The notes beneath the pieces are model-generated. The model was given only the letters and a program-made list of their open reading frames with translations. It was not told the DNA's origin and ran no database searches. From NCBI RefSeq assembly GCF_021869535.1, contig NW_026262582.1, positions 18,662,001 to 18,726,000 on the forward strand: a stretch of DNA of 64,000 bases, read 5' to 3'. Shown here piece by piece: positions 52,200 to 64,000 of this stretch (positions within the stretch are counted from its first letter, which is position 1; each line of letters begins with the position of its first letter). This DNA comes from Mytilus californianus (taxonomy: Eukaryota). A program made the position numbers and the translations under genes.

Positions 52200-54520
52200 G
52201 TAACAAAATGGAGAGATTCGGGACGTCAAGACATTGATGAGAATTCATTCTGGAAAGACTCAAAAAAAAAAAAAAATCACAATCTGCAATCAAGGAATAT
52301 TTATAAAGCAAAAATCATGAGGCTGACTTTGAGAATTTTTTCATACAACGTTATCTTATTTTTACCCTGATGCTAGGAAAATAGATGGGTCCATGTATAA
52401 AACTTTTTCCTTGGAATCAATTCGACATGGCTTAAATCGCCATTTTAAAGGACCTTCAAACAACAAGGACTTTGACATTAATAAAGATGCAGCATTTCGA
52501 TATGCAAACATGAGCTTTGAGGCTGCAAGGGCCGAACTGAAGCAATCTGAAAAGAGAAACGTGGAACACTACCCAATTATCCAGGTCTGACAGGGAGAAG
52601 CTGTACAAGTCAGTTTACTTTTCACAGGACTATTTAACAAAGTGCAGTATGGTATAAGACTTTATTTTTGTGGAAGAGGTGCAGAAAACATGCATACAAT
52701 GACCAAGTCAACCTTTGCTTTGAAAACAGACCCAAATGCTGGACTGAGATACATCGAAAAGATTGTAGATGGATTGACAAAAATACATAGGGGAAATGAT
52801 AAGGAGACAACAAGTGGAGTCATGCCACAGATATATTTGTTCCCATATGGCAAAATCCTAGGTACTTTTTTCATACGATTTGCACCACGTGACTTTGGCC
52901 CTTTTGAATAAATTACTTCCCTTAGTTGACATGTAGATTGAAAATATAAATTATATAAAATCAGCGGATAATCCGGTATTTTTCCGTTTTGGATCTAAAA
53001 CTAACCTAACGTGTCTTTGAAAACTTCCTTTGGCGGATATTTTTTACAAATTTTTTGTGTAATTTGAAGGACAAATGCTTACATGTAACATTTGAATATT
53101 TACGAAATTGGAAAGATGAAATCACCACGTTTTTGAAAGAGTTTGGCCGAAAACGTAAGAAAGCAGGTGATATAAAAGTTATTTAACCTGAAAATTCCAC
53201 CTGCAAGGTGTTTCCCCATATGCGGACAAAGCATGAACAATGCCTTCTTGTATCTTTATTTCTATTTTGAATCTTGCTTTTTCACGAAAAATCGTTATTT
53301 TATATAGCAATTATACTACGGCTACGCTTCCGATTTTCAAACTGAAATGGCCGAAAGTTGTCATAGTAGACAATGTTCATATGTACACGAACAGAAGGCA
53401 AAAACATGTACAATTCTCCTACATGCGGACAAATTGTTGATTCGACTAGGAATTGGCATATTTGCATTTTATTTAGGGGGTACATATAACCCTATTGTAA
53501 TGGCTGTCGTCATAATAAGCTAAGGCAATATGGCCGCTATGCAAATTAGCAAAGTACCCCAAATTTTGCCATATGCTATATTTGATAATCATCAGACTCA
53601 GCTATTAATCATCCCGCTCCCCGTCATAAAATATTCAGACAACCTGCTCTTTGATTGTGATAAGTAAGTAAATCTATTAACAAATAAAAGCTACAAACAT
53701 TCTTCAAACAATACACGTTGTCGCTATTTGTCCGCCATTACTGGACATCACAGAAGTTCCCGTAAAATTTTGAGGTCACAAGAGAAAATGTTTGACGCCA
53801 CAAAGGAAAAGTGATTGTTGTATGACGTCAATAGTTCAAGTGTCTCAAATTCTCGGGTCAAGTGTTGCAGATCCCCGAATATTGATAAGGTCTATTGAAA
53901 AAAATGAAAAAGGCAAAAACCCCAAAAACATGAAAAAAAAGAGAAACAACGGTTAAATAAAAAAGAAAAAAAAAAAAGAAAACAACATTAAAAAAAAAAC
54001 CCAACCAAAAATATTTATATATGGTATATATATTATAATTGTTCTAAAAGTCGAGTCAGTTTTATCATAAAAAACCCACATTTTTTTTAAGTGATTGTTT
54101 TATTCTTTATTAAAAAAGGTTGTGGCAGCGTCCAAAGGTCTGCTTTGATGATGTTGACAACGAAATATGGTATTACAACTAAAAAACTTTTATGAGTGAC
54201 TTGAGTTTGTCATGTAAACTTAGCCAGAAATAAACAAACCATTCCATTAGAGAAACTGGGGCCACAATTATGTCAAAAAATAAGTTTAATGATGCTCAAA
54301 GTATGGCTGTGACCGGACACAAATCCGTACAATCTCTATCCGGTTATCAACGGTAGACACGCAAGAAAAGATGCAATGGGAAACACTATGGGAGCTGTCC
54401 CAGCCCAGGTAGATACTTAAAAAGTTTACCAGCACCTCCCAATAGACCAGCACTACAAGCATCACATGTAAGACCAGCACTTCCTCAAATAGGATCTATG
54501 GCATCCGCATAGTTTGCATT
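52200..54520 (+). pseudogene. Crypton-type tyrosine recombinase (DUF3504-like) remnant in two pieces
   Basis: 5' piece ~52200-52830: FYPDARKIDGSMYKTFSLESIRHGLNRH..HYPII..LYFCGRGAENM..LTKIH. 3' piece ~54118-54360: LWQRPK..EIWYYN*..FMSDLSLSCKLSQK*TNHSIRETGAT..AVTGHKSVQSLSGYQR (HxxR at 54240-54251, H at 54318, Tyr at 54345). Stops and frameshifts present; ~1.3 kb of other sequence lies between the pieces. Confidence 0.8.
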
Positions 54521-54830
54521 CCAATTTCGAGGGATTCGATTTAAACGCTGTTTTAGGAGTCTTTGATTATAATGAATCATTCGTTAATGCTAGCAACACA
54601 AGACAAGCTGTCGGTCCTCAACTATTTCACAACTGTAAAGTGACAATCATAAAAAATCTAACATTAAACAAATGACATTCATTCCGAATATTATTTTGAA
54701 AAAAGAAAATCCTCTAAATACTTGTTAATAGGTGTGTTAATAAAGTCCTACTGTTATTGTTATTGTTTTTTCATTGTTAGATTTTAGTATTTTATACAAA
54801 TCTTGATAGGAAACGCTCTCTGTACGGTAA

Positions 54831-54977
54831 ATTCGTTATACGGTTCGCTACTGACCCTCAACGGATCCATAGAGGGAGAGTAAAATTTATAGGGGTGAGG
54901 CCATCGGTCGAATTCCCTATGGATTATACAAACCCTCTATGGATCCGTAGGGGGTCAGAAGGGAACCATATAACTTA
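54831..54977. repeat. Fold-back element at the 3' side of the Crypton remnant
   Basis: CTACTGACCCTCAACGGATCCATAGAGGG (54848-) versus CCCTCTATGGATCCGTAGGGGGTCAGAAG (-54961). Confidence 0.7.
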
Positions 54978-56712
54978 TATTATAATATTATTTTAACCCA
55001 TGATGATTGCTATAGTGTTACTCGCTCAACGTCCAGTGGCAATTAATTCAGGCATTCAGTCCAGAACAAATCAATGCGATAGGTGGATTCTGCCAGGTAT
55101 GTTAACGAGATGAATGATAGGATATTTTGCTTGGAAATAAGAAGTTGGTTGAATTGGGCCAGAACCAAAATTTACTAAAACATATACAAATGTATCAACT
55201 TCTTAATTAAAGTTCATCGGAATGTTCAGAATAAACATAAACATTTTCTTTGTATTCGAAAATCACGATATTTCGTTAAGCGTGTTATGGACATAGTTGA
55301 AATAAAATCTGTCTGTACTGGCCGACTTTTAAGATTGATTATTATATATAAGGATATATTTAACATGTAAATAGTGCAGTAAGTCTAAAGCATACAGTGA
55401 TATTTCTAGATGTATTTTCCTTCGCCAAGATCCTTTTGGCATTAAAACACTAATTCATGGCTCCAAGGAATTCTATTTAATTTCACCTATTTCGGGCATT
55501 CAAAGTCATTCTCTCTTAAGTTCAAATAAAGTGAACGACACTCAATGTCAAAACATTACCTTAGCCAAGCCAGGCTAAGTGCATATCAGAACGCACTATT
55601 TCCTAAAGTCCGGTTTAACAAAAATAGGTATTTCTGATCTGATAAAACGGGCAAACTTAATACCCTTCTATTTGATTCGCATATAACTTTTTTCTTATTC
55701 AAAATGAAAATTCAACAAAAGTTTAAAAGTGATCATATCTCCTCAAACTTTTCCTTCAAACCAAAATTAATAAATAATTCAATCACATTTTGAAAGCTAC
55801 GGCTATGCGGAGGAATAATTTGGTGTGAAATATGTACTACTTTGTTTTCTTGTCTTCATGCCCTGGCCCTTATTAGTGGCTCTATACCTTTCAGAAAAAA
55901 TATTGCAGCTTTTCTAAGATGATGGAATTAAGTAAATGTCTAACTATATAAACCTGCTTGAAGGAACATATCAACTTATATTGTATTGAATTAGAGATGG
56001 TATTGACATTATTATATCTTGACAAATACTTTATATGAGTCTCATCTCATGTACGTAAATATAAAACATAGACGTATGTGAAACGAAATAAACAGCGTAT
56101 TCACAAGTCACTTTAAAAAGAGTTATAAGAGACTTATTAAAAAAGACACATTTATAAACAAAGCTAATGTACTTGTATTAACAAATACCAAATACATAAA
56201 ACACGATTTTTGCAGTATAAATTGCATATCACCATTATTAAATATGGTAAAAATAAATACGTAACGTTATTGTTTTATACTTTCGAGTATCACGTACTGT
56301 CTACGATCTAAACAAACAGCAGGATCAAAGAGAACATTTACAAAGGCACGTACAATGTACCTATGGATATCCAAAGGGGTCAAATTCTAACATAACAATT
56401 CTTAAATTGTAAGTATGTATCTCCGTAATATTGAAACTTCATCAATTTGTGATTTTTTATTTATAACAGTGCAACTTGGCAATTAAATGTTCGAGAATTG
56501 CAGCTCTCTTTTTGCAACTCTAGCTTTAAAGTCACTGTCACATTTTCAGGTGAGTGTTGATCGTGCACAGACAAGTTAACCACTACACATACGTTTTGTA
56601 GACCTGTCCAAAACGAGGCGCCTGTAGTCCATTGGTTATCGTCTGTTGTCATCTGCATTAATAGTGTGTTTTTCGTTTAATGATATCACCTTTTAATTAA
56701 TCAGGCAATTAA

Positions 56713-58062
56713 TTAAGTCTCCCAAACGAAGTTTGGGAAGACTTATTGTTTTTGTTCAGTTCTTATTATTATTATTATTATTATTATTCTTCTTCCTCTT
56801 CCTCTTCCGCCGCTTTTAAATTTGAACTTGTCCGCACCCGTTCTCCAAAACCGCTTGTCAGATTAACTTAGGGTTTCACAGTATGTTAGACTAACATGTC
56901 TAGTGGTGCAATCAGGGTTTTGTTTGTGCAATGGGGTTTATAAAGAGGTACTTTTAGGGGCAACAAGAAAAGAGGGTTTTACTATAGAACCCTATGGGAT
57001 TTTATTTTTTAAAATTTTCAAATGATTATAGATTGAAAACCGTTTGTGATAGACACAATCTTTTAAATTGAAAATGTTCTAAATGATAAAGCCAATTAAA
57101 TGAAATACTGGGTTAGTCCCTAGGGGTCACCCCACCCCCTGCCATTTAAGAAAGTTCTAATACCTTGTAAGTGGTCAAGATCCCCACCCCTAAACCATAT
57201 ATATTCTGGTTTGTCATGCTAAGATGGTTCGAATGATATACAGGGTTAGTCCCTAGGGGTCATCCCGACCCCCTACCACTTGAGAAAATTCTAATATCTT
57301 AGAAATGGTCGAGATCCCCACCCCTAAACCATATATATTCTGGTTTGTCATGATAATGCAAATCAAATGAAATACAGGGTTAGTCCCCAGGGATTACCCC
57401 CACCCCCTCCCATTTAAGAAAGTTTTAATACCTTGTAAGTGGTTAAGATCCCCACCCCTAAACCATATATATTCTGGTTTGTCATGCTAAGATGGTTTGA
57501 ATGATATACAGGGTTAGTCCCCAGGGGTCATTCCGACCCCCTATCATTTGAGAAAGTTCTAATATCTTGTAAATGGTCGAGATCCCCACCCCTAAACCAT
57601 ATATATTCTGGTTTGTCATGATAAAGCGCATCCAATGAAATGCAGGGTTAGTCCCCAGGGGTCATCCAGACCCCCTGCCATTTGAGAAAGTTCTAATATC
57701 TTGTAAATGGTCGAGATCCCCACCCATAAACCGTATATATTCCTGTTCGTCATGTCTCAAACATTTGAATGACGTATAGGGTCAGTCCCCAGAGGTTCCC
57801 CCCACCCCCAATGTTCTAGTATCTTGTAAATGTTCGAGATCCCCACCCTTAAACCATATATATTCTGGTTTGTCATGCCAAGATGATTTGAATAATATAC
57901 AGGGTTAGTCCCCAGGCATCACTAATGCATATAACTTTACTGGACCAAACCAATTTTTACTGGACTTTGCCCAATGTCGGGCGACCCTTGGAATTACGAA
58001 TTATGGGAGCTTCGTTTGGGAGACTTCATAACAGCATCCTGTTACAATCATTTCTTGTTTTA
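56713..58062 (+). mobile_element. Helentron-like (pearl/DINE-type) element with (TTA)n(CTT)n microsatellite and 134-bp core repeats (~6.5 copies)
   Basis: Perfect 17-bp sub-terminal IR AAGTCTCCCAAACGAAG (56715-56731) / CTTCGTTTGGGAGACTT (58010-58026). 5' hairpin 56715-56744. CAGGGTTAGTCCC at 57241, 57375, 57509, 57643, 57900. Confidence 0.75.
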
Positions 58063-58820
58063 TTTGAATGTTCTCACAATATGTTATCCCTAAGACTTGT
58101 TTTCGCTTTCTATACAGTGAGTGATCTTTTGTTCATTAATATTATGGAAATTTAGAACATACTCATCCCTTATCGTCCAATGAAAAGTCAGTTTATCCTT
58201 TTTGTCCTCGCACAACTATGTTACTGCTACTGCTGTTTCATTCCATCCATTGAAATGATCATTACCTATGTTATACATTCGATTTGTTAACCTAGTTAAC
58301 ACTTCATTATAAAAAGTGAATTCTTATCAAGGTATGAATATTACAATGGGAAAGGATAATTTTGTAAGTCACTCGAAAGTATGAATATGTTCTAAATTGG
58401 TCAGACAATACTTGGTCACCTTGGTCTTTAAATCTTCATAAAACATGACCAAGTATTGTCTAACCTTTACTTGTAGTTGTTTATGTCCTGATTTGTTTCC
58501 ATAGTTAATAGTTGACTCATTGACAGTCTTGCCACACTTCATTATTTTCATATTAATTTTAAAATAACTTTGTTCGCCGAAACATTTTTATTTCGTTGCT
58601 CTCCCTATAAAACACAAGCTCCAAAAGGAAAGGGTTATCTTCTGTTCGTCCGTTCCTCGAGGGGTCCGTCTGTTTGTACGAACGTGCATATTTAAATCCG
58701 AGTGTCTGTTTGTTCTTCCGGCTAAGCCTCGGTTGACAATTTTTTCGTGTGTTATTAATATATTATTATACTTCACGTTAAAATGCCATATTTTGATTGG
58801 CTAATACGAGGGTGTTAATT

Positions 58821-59097
58821 TACTCTATTACCCTTCATGGAGAAGCTTGATCAAGTGTGCACTTTATTAAATACGACTCTATGCTATGGCAAATACTCTA
58901 TTACCCTTCAAGTAGACGCTTGATCAAGTGTGCGCTTTATCAAATACGACTCTATCCTATGGCGGCAAATACTCTATTACCCTTCACGGAGACGCTTGAT
59001 CAAGTGTGCGCTTTATCAAATACGACTCTATCCTATGACAAGTACTCTATTACCCTTCACGGAGACGCTTGATCAAGTGTGCGCTTTATTAAATACG
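58821..59097. repeat. ~73-bp tandem repeat, 4 copies
   Basis: TACTCTATTACCCTTCA at 58821, 58894, 58970, 59043. Confidence 0.88.
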
Positions 59098-59186
59098 GAT
59101 GGTTGTTATGTACAAGACGTTTTAGCTTATTACTTTGAATTTGAAATTTAATCGACAGTAATAACAGAACATTCAGTACAATAAAT

Positions 59187-59327
59187 TAAATAACACATAT
59201 CTGAGAGGGTGATAGAGCAGATTGTTACCCCTCGAAAAGACATTGTCAACCTTGGCTTCGCCTCAGTTGACAATGTTTTCTCGGGGTAAAAATCTGCTCT
59301 ATCACCCTCTCAGCTATGTGTTATTTA
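59187..59327. repeat. Near-perfect 141-bp fold-back element with central GCGAAGC (minus strand)
   Basis: Arms 59187-59250 and 59266-59327; spacer CTTGGCTTCGCCTCA. Confidence 0.8.
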
Positions 59328-62300
59328 TATAATATCATACCAATCGTCTGTTCCTTCACCTCCATGTTTATGTTTCTCTTCGTCGAACACATCTTAAAAA
59401 TGTCATGCACATACATACAATTTTTGTCACATTTTTCTCAGCAACTACATGTCAAATTTTTATTGATCTATGCTATTGCAATATCTCAAAGTATATTTTG
59501 GATAATTAGTTATTGCCATACTCTTGTTTTTATCCTCATTATAATGTCATTCGACTATTTACATTAGTTTATAATTAGTTCTTTTTTTAGTTTGAAAGTT
59601 AATTTAATTATAATGAAAGCTAGATTGGAGAAGTAGTCATAAAATGGGTTTTTAATTTTTAGTATGATCGTAAATAATACGCGATCATGGCGCTGTATTA
59701 TTTAAAATTCACAATATAGTGGCTAGTATTTCATTACACCCGGTATTAATTCACATCTTTGTTATGCTGTCACTAGCCTAACAATTGTTTAATAGAAACC
59801 CGATATCACACGAACTTTAAACGTAGTATTTTTTATGATGTGTTTAACGAGTGATATCGTTAATCAAAGAGTATAAAGTCTTTTATTCCCGTTATTTTTA
59901 ACGTATTATTGAAAATATCAAATAATTGTATAGGGTAACAATAGCACTCAGGATAAGCAAATAAGCGTGTGTGTCTTGTGATTGTTTAACATGTTTTTTA
60001 ATTAACCAAATATTACTATCCACATTTACAATTCAGGTGTATGCTTTTATAAGTAATTGTTAAAGTGATAAAGAAATTTTCAGGTTAAATGAAATTGTTT
60101 TAAAGCGGCCTTATAACAGACGGATCTTCCGATGCAAATTTCCTTTAATTCATGTCTCCAAATGCAATCCATTATCAAATGTTTTAATTTACAACCCACC
60201 CACCCCTTCCCCCCACTCCTAAAGAAAAAACAAGACGCAAGCCTTGTCAAAAAATATCTTTTTCTAATTTCAATGCTTTTAATTAAGGTTATGATTATGT
60301 CCATGTAAATAGGTTTTGAACATTTTCTTTCATATGAATGTGCTTTCTTGTTTGACGCTTGTTATCAAGGAGACGTAAAGGAAAATGTATCCCCTTGGTA
60401 GCCTCAATTTGTACCGTAGGCTACAACCAGGAAGTTCAGGTAATATGAGTGGAATTAGGTCGTTTCAATGGTATCAATACTGTAGTGTCATTTACTTCTA
60501 TATTAAAAGTAAACTAATGACTCTTGGTTTGTTTTTTAAAATACAACAATGCCAACATAAATCAAAGCTTATATAGGTTTTAAAATTTCAAATTTAGTAG
60601 CCTGAAGCTTCATTGATGAGATATTAATTTCAAAATGCTCATCTGGTGCAGTTAACCTGGCACCGTTTTATATTATTAAATGCATTTGGATAATTATCAT
60701 GAATACTTGGGTTTACTGTCAATGAGGAAAAATCGTGTAGAACGTTGACCTAAATACGGAACTGTATGTAGTTCTACATTATTTGTTTTTGCAGGAATCA
60801 GGCTCTGAATCTGAAGATCTATGAAAATACTAGAAAAAGAGAGGCGAAAATACCACAGGGACATCAAACTCATAAGTCGAAAATAAACTGACAACGCCAT
60901 GGCTAAAAAAGAAAAAGACGAACAGACAAACAACAGTACACAAAAAAACAAAATAGAAAACTAAAGGATGAGCAACACAAACCCACCCAAAAAGCTGAAG
61001 GTGATCTCAGGTGCCCCAGTAGGGTAAGCAGATCCTTCTCCACATATGGCACCCCTCGTGTTGCTCATGTAAGTGGAAACCCGGTGATGAGAAATATTAG
61101 TTTATCCAAAGCTTTATTCATAAATTCTAATTTTAGAAAATATTTCGTGTGATTTCGTCTTTTTGATGTGTATCCTTTTCAGATCCTTTTGACCATTTAA
61201 CTCGTTCGAATTGTTTTAAATTATGTTATGTCATGAACTTTCTACGGTTAGGTTTTGCTGACGGTCGAATAGATAACTCTTAGATTTGTAGTCTTTCATG
61301 AAACATCATAGGAAAATTAACAAAGGAAATATTCTTTCATTAATTATTAGTGCGAATGTTATCTAATTATCCCCGATCAGGTTTGAGCTAGTTATACCTT
61401 TTTATGGCGTTCAAACGAGCTTTCACGTAGTTTTTACTGAATAGTAAAAGAGGAAAAGGATAGTATTTTTTGTTATTTCAATTTTGAAACGCTAGCACTG
61501 TCTACGCATTTACTTCATGTGAAAAGACCGTTCGATTATTTTTTTTTGTTTTCTCCGCACTTTCGTTTCTCGAATGTCGCTTTTGATTTGCGACATGTCG
61601 ATACAATATTTGATATATGATATAGAATAGTTATTGAGTTTCAAAACTCCCCCTGTTCAAGCGATTACTTTTCCATTTGGGAGTTACCTCCCCGTATATT
61701 GTTTTTGTTTTTGGTTATCGCTTTAACCCAGTGTTCGTTACTGCCACATGACGATCTTGGAGACATATAGAGCATTTTGATATTTGGTCCGTTGTCCATG
61801 AGATCAAGGACAAAGGTTTTTTGAAATTTCTTTGTTATCAACATGAGGGTTTTGTTAGAATTTAAAATCAGACATGACGCAAAGCCAATACATTTTGATC
61901 AAAGTTCTCTGTTGACTTTTTATGCAAGTTTTTTTCTCTCCTGAAATATTCAAAACACAATGTTTTGTAGGATAACTCCTTACCAATACATAATACATAC
62001 CTGTGGTCTTTTATATCCACGACCCTTGAACTTGAATTTGAGGTTTGAGGTTCTAGATTTTGACCTTTGGTATAACTGCATACTGGTATATGGTAACGCC
62101 ATGAGGTTTTCGCATTAGGTTTGAAAAAATGGTCAACCGGAAAGGACCTTGTTAAACAGTAAGTATACATTTTTGCACCAATTACACGAATTACCTACAC
62201 ACCATATAATTTTAGAATCAGTGTTAAATAACATATAAAATTACATATAAAACTGGAAGTGACATTCTGTAAACCGGAAGTAGCTAACTATCTCCATTGT

Positions 62301-64000
62301 TGAAAGAAGAGGTATAAGAAACCATAGATTTTTTGAATAAGTGTAAGTTGGCTATCATAAGAGACCGGAAGTAGAATTTTTTACAGGCAATTTTAAATCC
62401 CTTAGAAACTAGGCGTAACTTCATAGTTGTCTGAAATTTGTTTCAAGGGATTCATCGAAGACTTAAAGAACAATCGATTACAATACTAATAAAGGTAATG
62501 GAAAAATTAACGGTTGCATTTCCACTGCAACAGATGTGCATTTCGACAAAAAAGTATCCCTTCAATGATGCCCGAGGCCAAACAATTTGAAAATAAAAGT
62601 TTGAAGACTTGAAATAACCGACAAAAAATAAACTCGAAAAAATGAAAATCTAAAATATTAGTACATAACAAAACATTGAAATAACCATAACCCACTATTA
62701 ATTATTTTATCAAACACAGAGCTTTAACCATACTATATTTTATACTTATATGCTTATATTATTTTCTTGTCAAATGTTACTGTGATTTGAAGATAAAAGA
62801 TATACCGATTGCACAAATGACAAAACATAGTAGCTATCGATACAATTTAAACACACCCTTGAATTTTAAGAATTTCTTGTAACCTGTTTTTTCGAAAAGA
62901 CAATTACTCATCAACAATAACCTTTAAATTGAGAATTTTGCAGCCAATCAAATTCTTTTACACATGTGTATTGTTAGATACATTTTAAATAAGTAAGGGA
63001 ATTGCAAAGACTGGTCGTCTATAGCTATTATTGGGAAAGTGTCATGGCAGCATATATGGTATGTTGAATTAACGTTAACAATGAATGGTATATCAGATAT
63101 TATTAAAATAATTCATATTCTTTCAACAATGCAAAATATGTTATACATTAGGTATTCCTAGTAGTTTTTGAAGTTATAACGATCTTCAACTTGCTATCTA
63201 AATCATACACTAAGTAGAAATTCCAAGTTGCTGATTTTTAAAATGGAGCAGTAACCTGAAAAGATGACTCGCAAAAAATTAAAATTTCTAGACATAAAAC
63301 GTGATAATTTTGGTAAAATATTATTTAAAAAAAATTGCATTAAAAATGCATGAATATCCTAACTTGATTATACATTCAGACAAACGTGTTTAAAACAAAA
63401 AAAGTGACGTCGGGCCAGTTTTCTGATCTGTGTGTCCGTCCGTATATTTGCAAATATACTTAAAAATGAAGTTCTGGGCACATCAACTTGAAACTTAATA
63501 CGCATGTTCGTTATGATGTGAATTATTTTTACCTTCTAAAGTTCAGTTACTGAGATCCCCACAGGCGATCTATTTTAAACAAAACATATATAAAATCAAA
63601 ATTATATGTACATACCGAGTCTTAGGTATGATATCTCTTATTAAGGCTTTTTGAAATTCGATTATTTAATCGACATAGTTCATTGCATCATAGATCTCTG
63701 GTTTGATTGTGTGTTGAACTGATATTTCTCATTTGATAATGGAATAATTTTAAGTTACATGTACTTACTATCATATTAAAAATACTGCAGTCTTTGCATT
63801 GAATGCAAAGTAACGTATATTAAACTATAATCTGTTAGTTCATATTGATTTTGAGACCATAACGTATAAATATTTCCGGGAACTGAAAGATAGTTCGATA
63901 GTAATTACTTAAATTGAAATACATGTTATAACAGATCAACTTTTATCAACCATCTATAGCGTTTACAAACAGTTGATTTGTAACACTAATTGTTAATGAA

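Noticed and set aside
55000-64000. Short 60-100-aa ORFs in the distal region
   Set aside because: Low-complexity or repeat-derived; no motifs and no chain of phase-compatible exons found.

Overview
AT-rich, intron-containing eukaryotic DNA. The repeat style and a chitin synthase gene suggest a bivalve mollusc, possibly Mytilus-like (inference only). (1) 1293-9123: an apparently complete ISL2EU-type (PIF/Harbinger-ISL2EU-Spy group) DNA transposon with 14-bp TIRs and an AT target duplication. It has two convergent intact genes: a 4-exon SAP-SWIM-YqaJ nuclease-PHD protein (+) and a THAP-HTH-DDE_Tnp_4 transposase (-). (2) 11364-31343 (-): a chitin synthase reconstructed by hand as 14 GT-AG exons in consistent phase (~1440 codons, all catalytic motifs intact; 5' end unresolved). 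Its introns hold minisatellites and non-autonomous transposons. (3) 32-64 kb: no host gene recognised. This part contains a 4.9-kb Mutator-like element (9-bp TSD, ~210-bp TIRs) filled with 23 copies of a 190-bp satellite, a decayed Tc1 (DD34E), several Helentron-like satellite-bearing elements, and a fragmented Crypton tyrosine-recombinase gene linked by sequence to a family of fold-back palindromes, several with a GCGAAGC-type mini-hairpin at the centre. Two chitin synthase intronic minisatellites start in register at the splice donor and repeat it. No rRNA, true tRNA or CRISPR array was found. All coordinates were read by eye and may be off by a few bases.
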